Assembly (NCBI RefSeq): GCF_009914755.1
Contig: NC_060932.1
From: the human T2T-CHM13v2.0 reference genome, Homo sapiens
Reading direction: 5' to 3' (one strand)
DNA: 64,000 nt
Below, in pieces: positions 55,435-64,000 of this stretch. The first letter of the stretch is position 1. The number at the start of each line of letters is the position of its first letter. A program made the position numbers and the translations under genes. A model generated the notes under the pieces. That model had not been told where the DNA came from, did not search any database, and worked only from the letters and a program-made list of their open reading frames with translations.

Positions 55435-56475
55435 GATGTGTGTGTAGTGTGTGTAGTATATGTGCTGCATGTGTGTATGAGTAGTGTATATATGTGTGTG
55501 GGGTGTTATGTGCCTGATGTGTATGTGGAGGGTGGCACGTGAGGCCATATGTGGAGTATTATGTGGGCACATGGATATAATATGCATGTGTGTGTGATGT
55601 GTGTGCATGTGGTGTGTGTGGAGCATGTGTCTGTGTTTGTGTGGAGGGTCTTATGTGCATGGTGTGCCTGTGTGTGGGTGTGGAGGGTTGCGTACATGGC
55701 CAATGGTGTGTGGAGCTGTGTACATTGTACGTATGTAGGTGGGTGGGTGTGTCTATGGTGTCTGTGTGGGTGCTGTTTGTATATGTGGTGTGTGTGAACT
55801 GTGCATTTGTATGTGGTGTATGGTGTGTGTATATAGAATGTGTGTTATATATGTGTGGTGTGTAGTGTGTATGTGGTGTGTATAGCCTATGTGCAGTGTG
55901 TGGGGTATGCATGGTTTCTGTTTCTGTGGGGTGTGTGTACTATATGTAGTGTGCAGTGTGTGTGGTGTGTACAGGTGAATGGGTGTGTATGTGGAGTGTG
56001 TGCACGTGGGGAGTGTGCTGTGTGTGGTGTTTGTGCACATGTGCCTAGATATAGACTGTGTGTATGTGGTGCGTGTGGTGTGCAGACTGTAAATGGTGTT
56101 TGTGCATGCGTTCATGTATGTGTGTGATATGTCTATGGAGTGTCTGTGGTATACAGTGTGTTCATGTGGCGTGTGCAAAACGTGTATTTGCATGTGGTGT
56201 GTGGTGCATATCTATGTGGCATGTGTGTAGTATGTGTGGTGTGCATAGTGTTTGTGTATGTGTGTATGCATATAGTATACATGGTGTGTGTGGTATGTGT
56301 AGTGTGGAGAGTGTGTGTGGTGTGTGCATATGCGGATGTGTGTGTGAGTGGGTGTGTATGTGAGGGTGTGGTTTGTGAGGGGTGTCTGTGTGCATGTGCT
56401 TCTATCTAGGGTGTGTGATGTGCCTGGTACGCACGGTGTTTGTGTGTGTGGGTGTGTGTAGGTGGGGTGTGTGCA
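55435..56475. repeat. About 1-kb degenerate (TG)n low-complexity tract
   Basis: Continuous gtgtgt/gtatgt/gtggt without a stable higher-order unit. Confidence 0.93.
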
Positions 56476-59400
56476 CCCTGAGTTTACCAGGGAGTCTCAG
56501 GCCAGGCAGAGGGATGTGGGGACAGAGGTGGGAGTGTGGCCTGGAAGGCATGGTCACGAGGGGTGATGCCACCAGCAGGGCCATGCCCACTTTGATTCCT
56601 GTACAAGACTCTTGCTTAGAGGGAGACAGTGCCTAGAATTTCCCAGGCCAGACACGCCACCCAGACTTGCCAACAGCCAGCCTCCCTGCCGTCCCCTGGG
56701 ACATGTGTGGCTGTGTCTTCAAAGGGAAAGATAATTGCAGGGGCTCTGAGGTAGGCCTTCTTCCCGCTGAGGGAAGATTCAGGACTGCCCCCGGATGCCC
56801 CTCCGAGCTGTGTGAACTGGGAAAGGTAAGCCACATGGCTGAGCCCCCAGTCCTGCCTCCTACAGATGAGAACAGTCCTGCTCCCACTCAGTCCCTTTGC
56901 AGTCCCTGTTCCCCGGGCCTGGAACTCAGCCTATCAATCTTGGCTTGCACAGTTGTTTCACACCATTCCAAGATCAAGGCAACTTTTCTCTCCTCCAAGA
57001 GACCCACTTCACTGGGTTTCTCAGCTTTGAAGCACTTATCACCACATGAAATGACCTAGCCCATCACTTGATGGACTGCCCATCTCCTTTCCCTTCTGGA
57101 AAGTGTCACCCTTAAAGTGGGATCATGTATGTCACATACCCCTGTAACTCTCATGCTTCAGAACAGTACCTGAAAGATAATAGAAGCTCAATGAATATGC
57201 ATTGAAAAAATAAGTCAATAATATGTGAAAAGAGTGGGTAAAAGCATCCGCTGTTGTGAGATATTACCTGTAAATGTTTATGTAGTCCATTCCCAACTAT
57301 ATATATAAGTTGTATTATTTACTAAAAGTGTTTTGCACTACGGAAAGAAAAAATGTGCAAAACAGACTTTCAAGTGAACCTCATAATTAATTTATTTGAA
57401 AGGTTAAGTGTTCTGCCTGCTAACTACAACAGAAGGCAAAGGACAGCCCCTCCATAAGTATCAGTACACCTACCAGACTAATCTCCCTGATCATGGCCAC
57501 AAACCCGTCTGCAAGGAGGAACTGACCCCACAATACAGGTAACTGAGACGCAGAGGGCTAAGTCAATTGCACAGAATCACACACTCATCAAAATGCAGAG
57601 CTGGAGTTTAAATGCTGACATTTTCCCAGCGAGAACCACAGGTGAACAATAAAATGGGAAAATGAATCTCCTCACACAAAAGAAGCCTCCCTCTACTCCC
57701 ACCCTCAGTCGTATTGGCAAGTGGAAGCGCCCAGGAGTCAAAACTCTCATTAAATGAGAATAGAGCTAACTATGAACATATCCACAACAGGGTGGGAGAG
57801 GGGGAGGGGATGACCACACATCCGGAGAGAGAAAACACCACGGGAGCACAGGAGAGGCTGCTTCTTTGCTCTAATCCAGATCATCAACATCCCAGCCCAA
57901 AAGTCCAAGTGCAAAAGACAGGATGCAGCAAGGGACTCCCTGGCTGTGGGGACAGGAGAGAGAGGACCACCATAGTGTGTCCTCAAAATAGAAGTAGGTG
58001 GAGGCCTTCTCGGCTGTGGCCAGCTGGCATTCCACAGGCTCACTTACAGTGACCCGATAAGCTATATAAAGCTCGTTTTGTGGCCACGACAAAGCCTGGG
58101 GTGGAGAAAACTCTTAATTATAGCTGATGCTCCGGGGCTGGCCTTGTCCTCGGCCTCCGCCCCACACACTGCAGGAAGCTGAGGCTGAGATTGCTTCCCC
58201 TGGGAGCCTCTGTCAGGCAATGGAGAAGCAGGAGTTGATGTCGTGACACAGGGGCACTTCCCTGAATGTGTCCAAAGCCAAGGAAACACATAGCCACCAG
58301 CATCACGGCAGACCTTAGGGAAAGCCACTGGGGAGGGAGGTCAGATATGATGCCTGAAATGCGTCTGTAATAACACTGGCCATGCGTTACTGCTGTTACT
58401 GTTGTTATTCCACTCCTCAGTCTGCTGATACTCTTTTTCATTTGTAAAATGGGGATATTGATTTTTTTCCAAGTTCGTTTCAGTCATTCATTCAACAAAC
58501 AGCCACTGGCCACCAGGTATGAGCCACATCTGTTCTAGACACTGGGTAGGGTTTGATAATTAGATATGCAGTAAGATTGCAGAAGGATGGTTGAAAGCAC
58601 TCACTCTTAGGCAGTAGGTTCCGACAAAAGAAAGACTTCCACACCTGTCCCCTGCAATCCTGGACAGGCCACTCAGCCCCTATGTGCCTCTGTGCCATCA
58701 ACCATAAAACAGCCAGCCTGCCTTTTCTAAATCTGCACCAGCCTTCAAATTCTAACCATTTGTCTCTGTCCATCAAAATGTGAATGCATTAAATATTTCC
58801 ATTATTGTTGGCTATAATTTCAGATTTGCTTCATGTTCTTATATTCTTTTCTTTGGCGGGGGTGGGGTGGGGAGTGAAACAGATCATTGCCCATGAACTT
58901 CTAATGCGCACATCACAACAGCAAGCACAGAATTAACTGTCAGGCCACTGCCCTTATTTCCTTTAAACAATATTTAGGAGCTCATCCTACATACTAGGCT
59001 CTGTTCTAGGCACTGAGGTACCACAAGGAACAGACTTTGCCCTTGCGAAGCTTATATCCTTGTGTGTGAAGACATACACTAGGCAGGTAAACAAATGCAT
59101 ATATAAAATTACACATTCCGTTGTGTAATTGTCTGCCATTTTCCTGCTGCCCCAAGTAGACAAGTTTCCCTCTCGAGGACAAAGAGGATGCCAGATTCAC
59201 TACTGCGTCATGGGCACCTGGCCTGTGTCCAGCACAGAGGAATGACTAAATGTGCTTGTTGAATGAATGAATGAATGAATGAAGGGAATGTTTACTATAA
59301 TGCATGACTGTTAATGAAGGAATGGATAAATGACATTGAATTGAATGGCTGTTTTAATGCATGGTTATTGAATGAATGAGTGAGTTGGATCTAACTCAAT

Positions 59401-59899
59401 GACTACTACATCAAAAAAAACCCTGATATTTTTAGTCTACCATTTTCCAGGTCATCAATAAGTGGCCTCTATTGAGACTAGTTCCTCCTCAGGCTGTGAA
59501 GTCCCCCACAGGCATCCTCTGTGTACCAAGAGATTTCTGGTGTTCAAATTCTGCCATGCTGCCTGATTCAATCTCACTAGCTGCTTTCCAATATGTTACT
59601 ATTAGCTCTTTTATTTTGTTTTGCTTTGTTTCTAATTGAAGCAATTGTAAGGGGATTTCATTTCATTTGTAGCCAGAATAGACCAGGCCCTCTTCATCTC
59701 ACAGCTGTATTTACAAAAACTGATTCCCTTTAGATGACTGAGCATTCACTTAAATCTTACATCTAATTTTAGGATTTTGGAGAAGCCCTGTCTTCACAGA
59801 ATCCATGAGCTTTTCTTGACGTGATCAGGGCGGACGTGTGTTCTGGGCTGGCCTGTGTAGGGTTTCCCTTTCTCTTGGTAACAGCTCCCTGGTTTTCCT

Positions 59900-60730
59900 T
59901 CATGTATCAGATCCCTTTCCTTGAGGGAGCTGGGCTGGGAACTAACTCTACTCCCAAATGTTAGACAAGGTCTTGTGACAGGCCCAAAATATTCAACCTA
60001 TTTCCACTCCTAGACTAGTGATTGGTGTAGGGATGGTCACATGACCTACTGTAGTCCAGTGAGACCGAGTGCCAGGCCTGCTGGGTAATAATCTCTTCTC
60101 CTCCCCGGTTTGCAGGCAGACATGGCTCTGAGATCCACTGAGAGGTGTCTTGCTGTGGTGTCCCCAACTTGCCCTCCCATGTCCATTCTCTGCCTCTGCC
60201 CTGCTCCCAGCCCAGGAGGCCAGCCACTGTGACTGCATCACTTGGCCTTGCTTGGCTGGTTTCAGACGGGGTCAGGCTAGTGGAAGAACAGCCATGCAAG
60301 AGCAGATACGGGGCAGGGGCTTCTTTCTTGCTCCTCTTTGCCTGTGTGTTGTGGTCTGGCAAGAGAACTGTATGCCTTCATGACTAAGGTTCCTACAGGG
60401 CCACCCAATCTCAGCCCTCATGGACTCTAGTGACATACTCCATCCCTTCTCAGCTGGCTTCTCCCATCACTAGTTCCTGCGTACCTCAGTATCCCTTGTT
60501 GATCTCACCCTCCTCTAAATAAAACCTTCATCAGAGTCTCTTCACTGAAACCCATTAACCAGTATAATTCTGACACATAAGGCAAGCCAAGAACAGAGTT
60601 AACACCAAGACAGAGGAACCTGGAAATGGAGAGTGGAATGAATGGGTCCAGGTTTCATCGTTTGAAGCTGCCTGACCTCTGGCCTTTCCATTGAAAGTGA
60701 TAATATTAATACATTTGCTTTACCAAGACC
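59900..60730. mobile_element. Nested old LTR relics (MLT1K/L-like interrupted by LTR16-like)
   Basis: gtgattggtgtagggatggtcacatgacc (MLT1) and ccattctctgcctctgccctgctcccagcccaggagg (LTR16-like); boundaries approximate. Confidence 0.5.
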
Positions 60731-63205
60731 AGTCATGGTGAAGCCCATGTTCTGGAGGCATGGGGGAGAGGCCTGGAGTCTGAAGGCCTGGGTTCTGTTC
60801 CCAGCCCTGGTGTCTATTAACTGTGTGGCACATCCCAGGGACTTGACCTCTCTGGGGTTGTCTTTGCCATTCTCAGAGCCATCCCTGGGCATGAAGCTCC
60901 TGCTGAGATCCAGAACCACTCTGAACCAAGACTGTCAGGATGGCAAAAACAAACAAACAAACAAAACAGTGGGAAGGATCCGGAAGTAACCTTGTTTCCC
61001 AGCACTCTGCATCAAGGGGTTCTGGATTCTGGAATGACAGGTAGAATTCATTGTTCCTGAGCTACCACATTGAATTTCTACTTCTTAGCTGGGGCTGTGA
61101 CCCTGTGCCTAGTTCTTATCTGTGCAGATTTCTGATTGATCCAGTGTGCACCTGGATCAATCCCATAGCTCCAGTCCTGCCTGGGATGTCTCCTATCACT
61201 CCTCTTTCCCCACCTAACCCATCCCCTCTCAGGCCTACAACTGAGGGCCCAACATGCCTTGAAGCTGTGCCTTCCATGATCTCAGCATTCTGTGTGCGCT
61301 TATCTATAAAAAAGAGAGAATCCTTATCCTATAAGGTTGTGATATGGGTCAGTGAAGTCACGTATGGGAAGTCCACAGCCAATGCCTTGCATGCTCTAGG
61401 GTAGATTACCTTCACTTAGCCTTCTGGGCATCGATTTCCACCTCTGTAACACAGGCCAAGTCATCAGTGCTGGATCTCTCACAATTATCTGAATTTCTCC
61501 AGCAGTCTTGTGAAGGACCTCCCTTTGTCCTGCTGTTCAGCGGCATTCCATTCCCCACAGAGATCTGACCATGTCATACCCCCGCATAAACCCTCCAGCA
61601 TGTCCTCACCTTAGCACACAAGGCCCCCCTTTATGGGGACCCTGACAATCTGGCAATGCCCAGCAGCCCTAACCTCCTCCCTTTCCCCAGCTGCACGGGC
61701 CCATCATGGTTCATTGACCATGTCATGGCATCCTTTAATCCCACTCCATCGCATCCTTCTCAATCCCATGCAGTTCATGCCCATCCTCTAAACAACCTAA
61801 GCACCACCTCCTCCAGGGAGCCCTCCATCATTCTCAGTATCCCCACACATACCACGACCACACATGGACCTGGCACATGAGACGCTGCTAAAGTTTACCT
61901 GCCCGGTATCACATTCCCTTTTATGTGGCTTTCCTGCCTTCTAGACTATGAGCACCCTGAGAATGGTTGCTGTGTCTTGTCTTTTTCTGTAGCCCCAGAA
62001 ATCAGCACAAGGCCATACAAAAAAGTAGAGCCCTGATAAGTATCTGTTGAATAAATAAGTGGAGATTAAAAGAGCCAACACAGAGAAAAGGGTCATACTG
62101 TGGTAAAGCAGCCTAGAGCCACCCCAGTTTCAGAAATGGTTTAGCTGTTTTCTCACTGGGCTGCAAGCCAGGCACATCCCCAGGATCAGGCCCCTGCCTC
62201 CCCTTCTGACTCACACCCAGCTGCTCTCATCACGAGCACCTTCCATGCTGCCCCAGCCCCCAAAGCTTTCCCTGTCCCTGGCCAAGGTGTAACCTATGGC
62301 TTCCCAGCCAGGGGTTGTTCAGCCCCCTGCAGTAATCAGCAAGACAGAGGCTGAGGCTCCACACTCAGCCTGACCGGCTTCAAAGCCCAACCCCTCCCGG
62401 GCCTGGAGGAGAAGATTACTCAGCACCCACTGTGACTGGAGAAGGACAAATGTCACCCCAATGCAATAGGCAGAGGCAGAAGCTGGAGACAGTCTGGAAT
62501 ATGAGAAACCCACTTCATCCTTCCTGTCCTGGGGAGGGCGCTGTCCTCAGAATGACCCCCACTAAATCCTGGAGGTCAGGCTTCCAGGTCAGAGCCCTGG
62601 GGGCCATCAGCCCTCTGCCTCCCCTCCCCCACCCCCAGCCACAATCAACAGATTCCAGACAAATAAGCTAGAGGCTTTGGGTTATCTCAGAGGGCACCAG
62701 GTCAACAGCACTTGGCCTCTGGGATAAGCACCTCCTGACTGTGTCTAAATGACTGACTCTGGGCTGCTGGGAAGAGCCGAGGGAGCCTGAATGCTTCTTG
62801 CGTGATCCCTCATCACTGCCCCTTCGGAGACCCTGCTATACCCAATGCTTCAGGCCAGACTTTGCATGCACAGTTTCTAGCTTTCACAGCTCTGGGCAGT
62901 AAGTAGAGGATGTTCCCACATCAGAGGTAAAGATGAGACACCAAGTATCTCCCAGGTGGCAGGGTGGTTAGAACCCATCCCTCTTTCATCCCAAACCCCT
63001 TCTTGCCTCTGCCCGCGACCTCTGCCTCTGGATGGGAGAAGATATCCTTCTGACAACAGGAATGTCCAGGGGGTGCCCATGCTACTAGGTTCCCTGTGTG
63101 GCCAAACCCAAGAATGTGGGTCCCCTCAGCCTCTGCACCTGCTACTTCCCCCGCCTTCCTGGAGCCGGCCGTAGGATCCCTATCTGCCCGAGGACCCCTC
63201 CCGTG

Positions 63206-63224
63206 GGCTCAGCAGGGGGCGTCA
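63206..63224 (+). promoter_or_regulatory. Candidate CTCF motif
   Basis: GGCTCAGCAGGGGGCGTCA versus consensus TGGCCA(C/G)CAGGGGGCGCTA; motif match only. Confidence 0.5.
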
Positions 63225-63262
63225 CTCTTGGGAGGGGCCGCGTGGGGCCCGGGCGCACTCAC

Positions 63263-63829
63263 TTTCACAAAGACGGCGCCGCAGCTTGCCCCGGATCTTG
63301 TCGATGGCATTGAAGTCGGACACGTGGAAGACGTGGGCGGACTTGGGCTCTGAGGCGATCTCCTCCAGCTCCTCCTTGAGTGCCTCGCCCACGCCCACGG
63401 CAAAGATGCGGATGCCAGCGCGGTGGGCTGCCGCCGCGGCGTCCAGCACCAGGTCCTGGCTGCGGCCGTCGGTGAGCAGGATGGCCACCTGCTTGTAGGC
63501 GCGGTCCCTGGGGCGGCCGCCGGCGTGTGGGGAGAAGCTGCGGGCCGTGATGTAGCGGAGCGCGTCTCCCGTGTTGGTGTTGCCCCCGTGGTAGGCGAGA
63601 CGCCGGGCAGCCGCCTTGACCTCCTCCTGCGAGCCAAAGAGTCCCAACTCGAAGGCCGTGGTGGGCCGGTCGCTGTAGCGCACGACCCCCACACGGGTGC
63701 GGTCGGGGCCCACCTCGAAGGTGTCCACCAGGTTGGCCACCCACTGCCGGACCTTCTCAAAGTCCTCCTTGCCCACGCTGGAGGAGGTGTCCAGGAGGAA
63801 GACCAGATCGTAGTGGACACTTTTGCAAC
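63263..63829 (-). CDS. COL22A1: COL22A1 coding exon (probably exon 3), von Willebrand factor A domain, 567 nt, phase 1-1
   Basis: Translation (G)CKSVHYDLVFLLDTSSSVGKEDFEKVRQWV...LTDGRSQD...IRGKLRRRLCE has the vWA MIDAS elements DxSxS (DTSSS), T (NTNTG) and D (LTDG). Minus-strand acceptor ctctcacccctgcag|GT and donor GAAA|gtgagt. CpG-rich. Confidence 0.97.
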
Positions 63830-64000
63830 CTGCAGGGGTGAGAGAAGGGGTGGCGTAGGGCAAATGGGCATGGAAAGGACACTGTCCTGGGGTATACAGG
63901 TCACTGGGGTCACACACACCTGCTCAAATACCTACCTGCCCTGTCTCTCATGACCCAAGGGCCCTGGGCTGCCTGAAAGGCCTGAGCCTCAGTTTCCACA

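Larger units (their letters stand above)
63150..63830. promoter_or_regulatory. Intragenic CpG-island-like region over the vWA exon
   Basis: Very high GC and dense CpG (for example gccgccgcggcg, gcggccgccggcg) against a CpG-depleted background. Confidence 0.75.

Noticed and set aside
63222-63262. Read-through of the vWA exon donor to a stop at 63222
   Set aside because: Only about 13 extra codons, as expected by chance, and no nearby poly(A) signal was seen.
63209-63953. Overlapping alternative-frame and antisense ORFs of 159-236 aa
   Set aside because: Shadows of a GC-rich coding exon. The N-terminal extension of the 231-aa ORF lies upstream of the acceptor and is intronic.

Overview
Primate, almost certainly human, genomic DNA from inside the 5' part of COL22A1 (collagen XXII alpha 1, a FACIT collagen), transcribed on the minus strand. 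Five coding exons with canonical AG/GT boundaries join in frame: 63829-63263 (567 nt, vWA domain), 29663-29589 (75 nt), 18646-18535 (112 nt), 12260-12137 (124 nt) and 6885-6610 (276 nt); the last four encode the linker and TSPN/LamG-like domain. The first exons and all collagenous exons lie outside the window. About 98% of the window is intron containing Alus, MIR/L2/L1 relics, solo LTRs (THE1, MLT1, LTR33-like, MER41A), DNA-transposon relics (MADE1, MER20, MER58) and long simple repeats. Almost all other ORFs in the track are repeat or low-complexity noise. I see no convincing new gene or multi-component biological system. The best leads are: (1) a candidate 98/95-nt poison exon at 19825-19728 with strong splice sites; (2) a 105-codon in-frame read-through of the intron after the last TSPN exon, followed by AATAAA; (3) an 84-bp dispersed duplication (22410 and 25009) that looks like a templated insertion into an L2; (4) recursive-splice-like AG|GT motifs; (5) a 365-nt AG-free pyrimidine tract. 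Repeat subfamily names and exon numbers come from recalled consensus sequences and need RepeatMasker/GENCODE confirmation.
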